Shown piece after piece: positions 1 through 11,800 of a DNA stretch of 64,000 bases. Under the pieces are notes generated by a model. The model was not told where the DNA came from. It ran no database searches and was given only the letters and a program-made list of their open reading frames with translations. The translations under genes were made by a program, and so were the position numbers. Source of the stretch: Mobula hypostoma (Eukaryota); the NCBI RefSeq assembly GCF_963921235.1, contig NC_086097.1:176144001-176208000 (forward strand), in the 5' to 3' direction. The stretch's first letter is position 1, and every line of letters begins with the position of its first letter.

Positions 1-120
1 AAGCAAGCAAGAGAGAGCGTGAGAGCAACCACAAGAGAGCGCGCATGCGAGAGAGAGCGAGAGCGCGAGAGAGAGAGCGTGAGAGAACAAGAGAGAAAAC
101 AAGAGAGAAAGCGAGAGCGC
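1..120. repeat. Imperfect (GA)n-rich microsatellite
   Basis: Run of gaga/gagc units. It explains the ERERER ORF at 19..270. Confidence 0.85.
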
Positions 121-462
121 GCCATGGCAGAGTGTTCCAAAAAATATAAAATGCACATCACCCCAGGCTACACTAAAGTGTACCCCTGCCTAATAGGGGT
201 CAAAATAATGACAGTGTTGCTCGCTGCACTGTTTGCAACAGTGACTTTTCTATTGCCCATGGTGGGTTAAAATGTAAAAGACATGTTAATTAACATGTGT
301 CATTCATTCATTAGCATAGCTAACGTTATTTAAACTAGCTGGCTAGCTGCTAAGGAGCTACTCTATTGCAGACATCCCACCTCTCCCAGAAGTTCTGGGA
401 GTCTCCCGCAAATTGATGGTGCTATCTCCCTGAAATGAGTTTTTGCAGGGTGGGATGTCTGC

Positions 463-1935
463 GCAAACTTTAGTGCCAATTTCTGTGAGGCTGTCTGGCC
501 TGGATGTGAGAGGCCATGTATGGAGTCAAAAACAATCCAATTCCAGTTTACAAGCATTATGGGGCAAGGGCAAGCAGTTGAGACATTGTTTGAGAAACCC
601 CATCTTCCCTGAACTTAATATCAGGCAACTTCAGGCCTATGACCGTCGTTCGGTAAGCGTGGACCTCTGGGTCAGCAGTTTGGTTGGCTCCCATGCCAGC
701 ATAGTCAACCCTGATGTGTATGGCCTCAAGGGCTGGCCGTGAGAGGCAATTGGCCACAGCATTATTTTTCCCCTTGATATGTTGTATATCAGTTGTGAAT
801 TCTGATATGTAGGCCAGGTGGTATTGCTGCTGTAGAGACCTAAGGTCTAATATTCTGGCCACCATGTGCATGAGGGACTTGTGGTTAATGAACACTGTGA
901 AATGGTGACCTGCTAGGAGAAAATGAAAAAGATGGACAGCCAGATAGAGACCCAGAAGGTCACGGTCAAACATGCTAAGCTTCCTTTTAGGGGAACAGGG
1001 CTGCCGGCTGAAGAAGGCGAGCAGCTGCCACACGCCTCCAACCAACCATTCATGCACAGCACCCACAGCATAGTCTGAAGCATCAGTAGTAATCGATATA
1101 GGTGCATTGGGGAGCGTGTGCCCCAGTGGGACTTGTTGGAAAGAGCTTGTTTGGTATCATCAAATGCCCTGGTCATGTCCTCTGACCAGTCAAGCACGAG
1201 ATTAGAGATATTGGCTTTTAACACACTATACAGAGGAAGCAAAGGTTCAGCAGTTCACAGAATAAAGTGGTGATGAAATTCACTATATGTAAAAACTCCT
1301 TTAGCTTTTTTAGTAGGGTGGGGTGGAGGGAAATCCAAAATAGTGGTTACTTTTGATAAGAGGGCTTTCATTCTTTCTGCAGAGATGCGATAGCTGAGTA
1401 AGTGAATGGTTGACAATCCAAATTGGCATTTAACAGGGTTAATAATCAACCCACATTGGCTTAAGCACTCGAAAAGTGTGCAGAAATGAGATATATGTTT
1501 GGATTTGGATGTACTGGCGATAAGTATGTCATCCAGGAAAACAAAAAGGAAATCTGAATCTTTTAATACAGAGTCCATCAGCTGTTGGAAAGCCAGCGCT
1601 GCATTTTTCAGCCTAAATGACAGGCACAAAAACTCAAAAAAGCCAAACCTGGTTATCACAGCCATTTTGGGAATGTCTTCTGAGCAGACAGCCACCTGAT
1701 GGTGGTCCCAAACTACAAACGTTTGTAGATCGAACTTGGAAAAAATTTAACTTTCTGGTTAAATGTACAGAGAAGTCCTGGATGTATGGCACTGGGTAAC
1801 AATCAAGGGTGGTGGCCTCACTAAGATATTGGTAATCAGCATATGAGTGGCAAACACCATCGGACTTAGGGACCATATGGAGATGTGAAGCCCAGGGGCT
1901 ATTCGGCAGGCGTACATTGCCAAGTCTTTCCATGT
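463..1935 (-). mobile_element. Degenerate Gypsy (Ty3) pol fragment: RT, RNase H, start of integrase Zn domain
   Basis: Frameshifted ORFs 1634..1933 (SPWASHLHMVPK), 1255..1695 (FGFFEF...LKNA...FLDDILIAS), 557..1066 (DRDLLGLY...HIKGKNNAVANCLSR) and 363..557 (IHGLSHPG). Confidence 0.9.
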
Positions 1936-2082
1936 GAATGACGAAACAGCATTAGCTACTCGCCAGTCCTCCAGGACTTCACCTGTGGCTTGTAAGGCCT
2001 CAGCAATCTCTTCACTAACCTGGGGTATATCCCATCAGGCCCTGGGGACTTATCCACTTTAATACCCTTTAAGAGACCCAAC

Positions 2083-3377
2083 GCGAATGGAGCATTGGCT
2101 GATAGGCAGAAAGCAAAGGGTGGGAATAAAGGTATCCTATCTTGATTGGTTGCCGGTTACTGGTGGTGTTCCGCAGGGGTAGATGTTGGGGCCGCTTCTT
2201 TTTACAATGTATTTCGATGATTTAGATTATGGATTAAATGGTTTTGTGGCTAAGTTTGCGGATGACACCAAGATAGGTGGAGGAGCAGGAAGTGTTGAAG
2301 AAACAGAAAGGTTGCAGAGAGCGCAAACACGAGGAAATCTGCAGATGCTGGAATTTCAAGCAACACACATAAAAATTGCTGGTGAATGCAGCAGGCCAGG
2401 CAGCATCTATAGGAAGAGGTACAGTTGACGTTTCCGGCCAAGACCCTTCATCAGGACTATAGATGCTGCCTGGCCTGCTGCATTCACCAGCAATTTTTAT
2501 GTAGGTTGCAGAGAGACTTGGTCAGTTTTGGAGAGTGGGCAAAGAAATGGCAGATGAGATACAATGTTGAGAAATGTACAGTTGTACATTTTGGAAGAAG
2601 TAATAATTGGGCAGATTATTATTTAGATGGGGAGAAAATTTAAAAACCGAAAGTGCAAAGGGATTTGGGGATCCTCGTGCAGGATACCCTAAAGGTTAAC
2701 CATCAGGTTGGATCAGCAGTAAGGAAAGCGAATGCTATGTTGGCATTCATTTCAAGAGGAATAGTGTATAAGAGTAAGGAGATGTTGATGAGGCTCTATG
2801 GGGCACTGGTGAGACCTCATTTGGAATACTGCGTGCAGTTTTGGGCCCCCTGTCTTAGAAGGGATGTACTGATGTTGGAGAAAGTTCAGAGAAGATTTAC
2901 GAGGATGATTCCTGGAATGCAGGGGCTAACATATGAGGAGCATTTGTCAGCTCTTGGACTGTGTTCATTAGATTATAGAAGAATGAGAGGGTATCTCATA
3001 GAAACATTTCAAATGTTGAAAGGGCCGGACAGAGTAGATGTGAAAAGGCTGCTTCTCTTGGTGGGTGAGTCCAGGACAAGAGGCCACAGTCTTAAAATTA
3101 GAGGGTTCCCAATTAAAACAGAGTTGAGGAGAAATTATTTTAGCCAGAGGGTTGTGGACTTATGGAATTTGTTGCCACATACAGCTATGGAGGCCTGATC
3201 ATTCAGGGTGTTTAAGGAGGAGATTGATAGGTACCTAATTAGTCAGGGTATCGAGGGATATGGGGAAAAAGCCGGAAATTGGAAATAGATGGGAGAATAG
3301 TTTAGCTCATGGTGGAGTGGTGGAGCAGACTCGATGGGCTGAATGGCCTACTTCTGTTCCTTTGTCTTGTGATCTTG
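2083..3377 (+). mobile_element. 5'-truncated CR1 LINE (RT C-terminal part plus 3' UTR)
   Basis: LGPLLF...KFADDTKIGG (2183..) and RPHLEYCVQFWAP...RTRGHSLK (2653..3198). Followed by a CR1-type 3' UTR and a cttgtgat tail whose last unit reappears at ~4876-4884. Confidence 0.92.
2322..2502 (-). mobile_element. Short Penelope-like (PLE) pLTR insertion with an inverted end
   Basis: 13-bp TSD aggttgcagagag (2309-2321 / 2503-2515). Perfect 46-bp inverted repeat (2367-2412 / 2457-2502). Hammerhead-like core on the minus strand at 2423-2458. Confidence 0.85.
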
Positions 3378-3384
3378 CGATTTT

Positions 3385-4873
3385 CAATCACAGACATTTT
3401 CAACATCTCCCTTAGTCAAGCTATTGTCCCCAGATGCTTCAAAACCTCCACAATCATTCCTGTAGCAAAGAAATCAGTTGTAGCCTGTCTGAATTATTAC
3501 CGTCTCATTGCCTTGACCCCCATAGTGATGAAATGTTTTGACTGGCTTGTCAAGCCTCATATCACAGCCAGCCTCCCCTCATCGCTGGATCCTCTACAGT
3601 TTGCTTATCCTCCAAATCGCTCTACGGAGGACACAATATCCACCACACTGCACACAGTTCTCTCTCACTTGGACAACACAGACACTTATGCCAGAATCCT
3701 GTACATTGATTTCAGTTCAGCGTTCAATACCATCATCCCGCAGAGACTAGTGGAGAAACTGTGGCTGCTTGGCCTTAGCACTGCCATGTGTCGCTGGATT
3801 CTGGATTTCTTGACAGAGAGACCACAGTCAGTCCGTGTTGGCAGGAACATCTCTGACTCCATCACGCTGAGCACTGGATCCCCACAAGGATGTGTGCTTA
3901 GCCCATTGCTGTTTACACTGCTAACACATGACTGTGCAGCCAGATTCAAGGAGAACCTGATCATTAAATTTGCAGATGATACCACAGTGGTGGGGCTCAT
4001 CAGCAAAAATGATGAAACTATGTACAGGGAGGAGGTCAAACACCTAGAGGGCTGGTGCAGGGATAACAACTTGATGCTTAATGTCACCAAAACCAAGGAG
4101 ATGATCATCGATTTCAAACGGTCTCAGCCTGAGCACACACCCCTCAGCATCAGCGGCTCCACAGTGGAGAGAGTGGAAAACATCAAGTTCCTTGGGGTGC
4201 AGATCTCGGACAATCTCACCTGGTCCAGGAACACCACTGGGATTGTGAAACGGGCCCAGCAGAGATTGCACTTTCTGAGGAAGCTTAAACAAGCATCGCT
4301 CCCCACTAACATCTTAACTACATTCTACAGAGGTGTGGTTGAGAGTGTGCTGACCTTTTGCATCACAACCTGGTACTCCAGCTGCAGTGCTGTTGACAAA
4401 AAAACCTTGCAGAGGGTGGTTAGGGGAGCAGAGCAGGTTATTGGTGTCTCCCTACCTTCTGTCCAAGACCTCTTTCAGAGTCGATGCCTCCAGAAGACAC
4501 GGTACATCATTAAAGACCCATCACACCCTCTCCATGAACTGTTTGTTCTTCTGCCATCAGGCAAATGTTACAGGAGCATCAAAACTAAAACCACAAGGCT
4601 ACTAAACAGCTTCCTCCCACAAGCAGTCAGACTGCTAAATAGCTGCTCTACCTGACTCTGCTTTGGACACTTTTAACTTGCACTGGACACTTACAACTTG
4701 ATTTTAACTGACATGTGGCTGTTGTGTTTTACTATTTATTGTTATGTTTATTATTGTGCTGCGTTTGTTATGTTATGATTGCACTGCTCCTGAGAAACAC
4801 TGTCTCATTCTGCCCTACAGAGTTGATGTACGGTTAGAATGACAATAAAGTTTTTTGAATCTTGAATCTTGAA
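3385..4873 (+). mobile_element. 5'-truncated Rex1/Babar-like LINE with an uninterrupted RT ORF, inserted in the CR1 tail
   Basis: ORF to 4655: [47 protein letters not shown]...NSFLP. Followed by 3' UTR, aataaa and a (ttgaatc)n tail. Confidence 0.9.
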
Positions 4874-6450
4874 ACTTGTGATCACTACCTCCTGCCTTAC
4901 TTCAAAATACCCTAGCATATTAATACTCTCAGCATTAATTTCCCTATCATCCTCTTCCTTCTCCTTGGTAAATACTGATGTAAAGTACTCATTAGGGACC
5001 TCACACACATCTTTTGCATCCAAGCAAATGATTCCCCTTTATCCTGGAGATGTCCCACCTTCTTGCTCCTGATGCATGTATAAAATGCCTTGGGATTCTC
5101 TTTAATGCTACATACCAAAGACTTTTCATGTCTTCCCCTGGCTTTCCTAATTCCCTTCTTGAGTTCTTTTCTGAATTCTTTATAATTCTCCAGGGGTCTC
5201 TTTGATTTTAACTTCCAGAGCTTTATGTACTTTCCCTTTTTCTTCTAGACTAAAATCATCACCTCCCTCGACATCCAAGGTTCTCTCACTTTGCCATCTT
5301 CATCCTTCATTCTGATTGGAAAGTACCTGTCTTGTACTCTGTGTAGTTGGTCTATAAATACCCTCCACATATCAGACATGGGCTTGTGATCTCTGTCCCC
5401 TTACCGCTCACCCACTGAAAGGTCAGTCAACTGGTGGCCAGGCCTGTTACCCAACACCAGAACCGGTACAGCACCTCCTCTCATTGGACAATCTAGATAT
5501 TGATTTAGGAAACCCCTGGCTGCATCCAACAAATTCTGTCCCATCTAGTCCATTTGCACTAAGAAAGTCCTGGTTTATATTATGGAATTTGAAGATCCCC
5601 CATGACAACATCCCTTTTATTTTTACACCTTTCCTTGGTCTGCCTGCATATCTGTTCCGCAATCACCTAGTGTTGTGTAATACAATCCTGCCAGAGTGAT
5701 TGCACTCTTCTTATTTTTGAGGTCTACTCATGTACGGTGGACTCAGCGGACAAGCCCTCCGTTATGTACCCTCTAAGTGCAGTGGTGATATTGTCCTTGA
5801 TTAGTAGTGCAGCTCCTCCCACCCCCCACCACCTTTTACCTCCCTCTCTATCTTTTCTAAAACATTGAAACCCTGGCACATTTATCACACATTCCTGTCC
5901 CTCTCTTCATCAAGTCATTGTAATGGCCACAACATCATAGTTCCATGTACTGACCCATGCTCTAACTTCATCATCTTTACACAAAATACTCCTGGTATTA
6001 AATACAAACACTCCAATCTATCCATCCTATCATATCTATGACTTTACTCTCGACTGCTTTTACTTGACCTGACACCGACCTTCCTCTCCTTCCCTCCACT
6101 TTCTGACCCGGTGCTCCAGTTGCCATTCCCCTGTCAAACTAGTTTAAACCTTCCGACTATTGAACCTCCTGGCCAGGATATCAGTTCCCCTTCAGTTTAG
6201 GTGCATCCTACTCCTCTCGTACAGGTCAATCCTGCCCCAGAAAAGGTTCCAATAATCCGAGAACCTGAAAATCTGCCCCTCAGCCACTCATTCATCTATA
6301 CCATCATCCTATTCTTGCCCTGATTACCGCATGGCACCTAGAGTAATCTGAAGATTACTACCTAGAAGGTCCTTCTATTCAGCCTCTTTCCTCACTTCCC
6401 ACCACTCTGGGTAGGAACTCTTCTCCCTTTCTATCTTTGTTATTAATGCC

Positions 6451-7013
6451 GGGGTGTATGGGGTGTCAGGGAGGGGTAACACCTCTGGTGGGGGAACATG
6501 TCGCGCCCCTTTCAGGCGGTTTGCCTACCTTTGGTCCCCACCTGGCACTCAGCTCTCACCTGTGGCTCCCCGTAGCTATTTGCAGGCGACAGCAGCCACA
6601 CACCAGGCAATGGCTTCGACAAGCCGGCTAAACCAGGTGAGGGTAGCTGATGGGTCTCAAACCCTCGGTGAGATAGGGAGCTGTCTATCCCAGCATGTGA
6701 AGACAGACTCTGGCGGATTGAGCGGACGAGACCAACGGAAGGTCCAACGGTCAAGAAGGCGGTCTCTGCAAGTGTTGCGGAACGTGTAGAGCAGGACAAG
6801 ACACAGAAGATGTCCTGGTCATCCACTGTGCTAGTCCCATCTCCAGCCATCTCGACTCTTGTCTTGCCACTGGATCCAGATGGGAATTGGGAAGAGAGGG
6901 TGAGGCTGACGCTGCGCAACTCTCCCTCACTTAAATCCAAATCATGCACTAGTCTCGGCACCATCACGATCATAATGGTGTCGAGGTCCTCATCGACGCG
7001 ATGGACGAACAAC
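6451..7013 (+). mobile_element. Non-autonomous retroposon (RTE-type SINE-like), copy 1
   Basis: 9-bp TSD attaatgcc (6442-6450 / 7014-7022) and an aac tail. Its 5' part is homologous to 8930-9317 on the opposite strand. The RTE assignment is inference. Confidence 0.65.
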
Positions 7014-7936
7014 ATTAATGCCAATGTGTACTTTGACCTCTGGCTGCTCACCGTTCCCCCTGAGAATCTTGCACAACTGCTCTGAGACATCTTGGATCCT
7101 AGAACCTGGGAGGCAACACATCATCCTGGTGTCTCTTTCACAGCCATAGAATCTCCTGTCCATTCCCCTAATTATCGAGTCTGTCGGGCCTGGTTGCTGC
7201 TGCTGTGCCGGATAGGTCTTTCTCCTGCAGCCATATCCAAAGGGGTATACTTATGGCTAAGAGGAATGGTAACAGGGGAGCTCTGCACCGACTGCTTATT
7301 CCTCTTATTTCTCCTGGTGGCCAGCCATCTGCTGTCTGGAGTTTGAACTCTGCATGTGATCACCTCAGGAAAAGTTTCATCTATGAGGTTATCAGCCTCC
7401 CAGATGGTCATAGGTACAGCTTCAGTTTCTTAACCTTATCAGTTAGGAGCTGAAGTTGGTCGCACTTCCTGACGAGAAGCCCAAATAAAACTCACTCTCG
7501 ATGAGACACACTCTTCTCAAATGAGTCACGCCCGATGAAACTTGTTTTTTTTTTTCAAATGGCACCCGCCCTGCATGTTCTCACTCGCTGATTCAAAGAC
7601 GGAATAGGTTCAATGTTGGAGTGAGTGCAGTTATCCACTCTGGTTCAGGAGCCTGATGGTTGACTGGTGGTGTGGGGCCTAGTGTTCCTGAACTCCTTCC
7701 TGATGGAAGCAGCCAGAACAGTGCACAGCTTGGGTGGTGAGAGTCCTTGATGATAGACGCTGCTTTCCTGTGATATTGCTCCTTGTATGTAGATCAGAAT
7801 CAGAATCAGGTTTACTATCACTGGCATGTGTTGTGAAATTTGCTCACTTAGCAGCAGCAGGTCAATGCAATACATAATATAGAAGAAGAAGAAGAAATAA
7901 AAGTAATAATAGTAATAAATAAATGAATAAATAAAT

Positions 7937-8613
7937 GGAGAAGATGGGCGGCGCGACGCAGCGCGCGCGACCACTCTGGTGGTGATGTCTGTTATTTGTC
8001 AAGTAGGGTGCCATGCACAATCCTGATTTGATGGAGACGGATGTGAGAGCACGGAGGAACATCTGGTGAAACTTCTGAAATGCCTGCTTCGCTGCTGCTG
8101 CTACTGTGTGGTCCAGAATCTCCGGAGGGGAAGGCCCCGAGTCCTCAGCTTTGCTTGTTGCTCGGTGGTGGGGGCAGGGTTGAAGTGCTCGGCAGAGGAT
8201 GGTGCTCAGAGAGGCTGTGTCAGAGGGGCAGGTCAGAGGCTTGAAGTTTTCGGATGGACTCAGAGTCTGCTGTGGTCAGGTGCTTCCAATGGTGCTGTAT
8301 CGGCAAGTTTGTGGCGCTTGGAGTTTCATGGCAGGGAGAATTTCTCCCTTCTGCTACCTGCGTGAGATGATGAGGCTGTCGGGACTTTGAGACTTTTTTT
8401 TACTGTGCCCATGGTCAGCTCTTTATCAAATTATGGTATTGCTTTGCACTGTTGTAACTATATGTTATAATTATGTGGTTTTGTCAGTTTTAGTCTTAGT
8501 TTGTCCTGTGTTTTCTTGTGATATCTTTCTGGAGGAACGTTGTACCATTTTTTAATGCATGCATTTCTAAATGACAATAAACGAGGACTGAGTGTCCTCA
8601 TAATCTAATCTAA
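7937..8613 (+). mobile_element. Non-autonomous LINE-dependent element (~680 bp), copy 1
   Basis: Begins ggagaagatgggcggcg. Ends with aataaa, hairpin gaggac-tgagt-gtcctc and a (taatc)n tail. Probable TSD aaataaat (7929-7936 / 8614-8621). Second copy at 41521-42171. Confidence 0.75.
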
Positions 8614-8801
8614 AAATAAATTACAGTATATGTATATCGAATAGATTAAAATCATGCAAAAACAGAAATAATATATTAAAAAAGTGAGGTAGTGTACAAG
8701 GGTTCAATGTCCATTTAGGAATTGGATGGCAGAGGGGAAGAAGCCGTTCCTGAATCACAGAGTGTGTGCTTTCAGGCTTCTGTACCTCCTACCTGATGGT
8801 A

Positions 8802-11800
8802 GTGGTAGCCCTTCGGATTCAAAGAAGACACAGAAACCTGTGCGTGATGGAGTTTTAAGTGGAACAGCCATTGCACAGGGGCAATCCCACTCTCTCGGCA
8901 GAAGAGACCTTGATCCAGTGGCATGGACAGCCGTTACGGCTGGAGACCTCTCCTGCTGCAGTGGATGACCAGGACGTCTAAGTGTCTTGTCGTGCTCTTA
9001 GCGCTCCACAATGCCTGCTGGGTCTGCCTTCTTGACCGTTGGACCATTAGTCGGTCTCCTCCACTCAATCTGCCAGGGCCAGACTTCACACGCTGGGATA
9101 GACAGATCCCCTACCTCACCGAGGGTCGAAGACCCATCGGCTACCCTCACCTGGATTGGCCCGTCTGCCAAGATGGTTACCGGGGTTTGGCCACTGTGCG
9201 TGTTACAGCTACTTGGAGCCACAGGTGAGAGCTGAGCTCCAGGTGGGGACCAAAGGTGGAAGAGCTGCCCTGAAAAGGGAACGTCAGGCCTCCCCACCAG
9301 AGGTGCTACCCCTCCCTATAGACAATAGACAATAGGTGCAGAAGTAGACCATTCAGCCCTTCAGCCTGCACCGCCATTCTGAGATCATGGCTGATCATCT
9401 ACATCGATACCCGGTTCCTGCCTTGCCCCCATAACCCTTGATTCCCCTATCCATAAGATACCTATCTAGCTCCTTCTTGAAAGCATCCAGAGAATTGGCC
9501 TCCACTGCCTTCTGAGGCAGCGCGTTCCACACCTCCACAACTCTCTGAGAGAAGAAGTTCCTCCTCAACTCTGTCCTAAATGACCTACCCCTTATTCTTA
9601 AACCATGCCTTCCGGTACCAGACTCTCCCAGCATCTGGAACATATTTCCTGCCTCTATCTTGTCTAATCCCTTAATAATCTTATATGTCTCAATCAGATC
9701 CCCCCTCAATCTCCTTAATTCCAGCGTGTACAAGCCCAGTCTCTCTAACCGCTCTGCGTAAGACAGTCTGGACATCCCAGGAATTAACCTAGTGAACCTA
9801 CGCTGTACCTCCTCCACAGCCAGGATGTCCTTCCTTAACCCTGGAGACCAAAACTGCACACAATACTCCAGGTGTGGTCTCACCAGGGCCTTGTACAAAT
9901 GCAAAAGGATTTCCTTGCTCTTGTACTCCATTCCCTTTGTAGTAAAGGCCAACATTCCATTAGCCTTCTTCACTGCCTGCTGCACTTGCTCATTCACCTT
10001 CAGAGACTGATGAACAAGTACTCCTAGATCTCTTTGTATTTCTCCCTTACCTAACTCCACACAATTCAGATAATAATCTGCCTTCCTGTTCTTGCTCCCA
10101 AAGTGAATAACCTCACACTCATTCACATTAAACGCCATCTGCCAAGTTTCTGCCCACTCACCCAGCCTATCCAAGACACCTTGAATTCTCCTAACCTCCT
10201 CATCACATGTCACACTGCCACCCAGCTTAGTATCATCAACAAACTTGCTGATGTTATTCACAATGCCTTCCTCTAAATCATTGACGTAAATCGTAAACAG
10301 CTATGGTCCCAATACCGAGCCCTGTGGTACCCCACTAGTCACCACCTGCCATTCCGAGAAACACTGCTACCCTTTGCTTTCTATCTGCCAACCAGTTTTC
10401 TATCCATGTCAATATCCTCCCCCTAATGCCATGAGCTCTGATTTTACCCACCAATCTCCTATGTGGTACCTTATCGAATGCCTTCTGAAAGTCAAGGTAC
10501 ACCACATCCACTGGATCTCCCGCGTCTATCTTCCTGGTTACATCCTCGAAAAACTCCAGTAGATTAGTCAAGCATGATTTGCCCTTGGTAAATGCATGCT
10601 GGCTCGGCCCAATCCTATCACTGCTATCAAAATATGACGCTATTTCATCTTTAATAATGGACTCTAGCATCTTCCCCACTACTGATGTAAGGCTAACAGG
10701 GCGATAATTCTCTGTTTTCTCCCTCCCTACTTTCTTAAAAAGTGGGATAACATTAGCCATTCGCCAATCCTCAGGAACTGATCCTGAATCTAAGGAACAT
10801 TGGAAAATGATCACCAATGCATCTGCAATTTCCAGAGCCACCTCCTTTAGTACCCTAGGATGCAGACCATCTGGACCTGGGGATTTGTTAGCCTTCAGTC
10901 CCATCAGTCTACTCATCACTGTTTCCTTCCTAATGTCAATCTGTTTCAGTTCCTCTGTTACCCTATGTCCTTGGCCCATCTATACATCTGGGAAATTGCT
11001 TGTATCTTCCCTAGTGAAGACAGATCCAAAGTACTTATTAAATTCCTCTGCCATTTCTCTGTTTCCCATAACAATTTCTCCCAATTCATTCTTCAAGGGC
11101 CCAACATTATTCGTAACAATCTTCCTTCTCTTCACATACCTAAAAAACTTTTGCTATCCTCCTTAATATTCCTAGCTAGCTTGCGTTCATACCTCATTTT
11201 TTCTCCCCGTATTGTCTTTTTAGTTAAGTTCTGTTGCTCCTTAAAAATTTCCCAATCATCCGTCTTCCCACTCACCTTAGCTCTGTTATACTTCTTTTTT
11301 AATGCTATGCTATCTCTGACTTCCTTTGTCAACCACTGTGGCCACTTTCCTCCCTTTGAATCCTTCCTTCTCCGGGGGATGAACTGATTTTGCACCTTGT
11401 GCATTATTCCCAAGAATTCCTGCCACTGCTGTTCCACTGTCTTTTCTGCTAGGATATCCGACCAGTCAACTTTGGCCAGCTCCTCTCTCATGGCTCCATA
11501 GTCTCCTTTGTTCAACTGCAATACTGACACTTCTGATCTGCCCTTATCCTTCTCAACTTGCAGATAAAAACTTATCATATTATGGTCACTACCTCCTAAT
11601 GGCTCCTTTACTTCAAGATCACTTATCAAATCCTGTTCATTGCATAACACTAAATCCAGAATAGCCTTATCCCTGATCGGCTCTCGTACAAGCTGCTCCA
11701 AAAATGCATCCCGTAGGCACTCTACAAACTCCCTATCCTGGGGTCCAGTACCAACCTGATTTTCCCAGTTCACCTGCATGTTGAAATCCCCCATAACTAC

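Larger units (their letters stand above)
1990..7470 (-). mobile_element. Old, fragmented CR1 LINE (ORF1, endonuclease, start of RT), split by later insertions at 2083-4884 and 6451-7013
   Basis: The minus strand at ~2020-2070 reads IKVDKSPGPDGIYP. 4912..5118 gives KENPKAFYTCIRSKK. ~5450-5930 carries APE endonuclease remnants. 7172..7411 is ORF1-like. Confidence 0.7.

Noticed and set aside
19..270. ORF rich in ER repeats
   Set aside because: It is the translation of a (GA)n microsatellite.
6525..6685. Definite HDV-like or twister ribozyme call
   Set aside because: A ggctaa motif and hairpins are present, but P1/P1.1 or the twister pseudoknots could not be assigned. Kept only as an unclassified structure.
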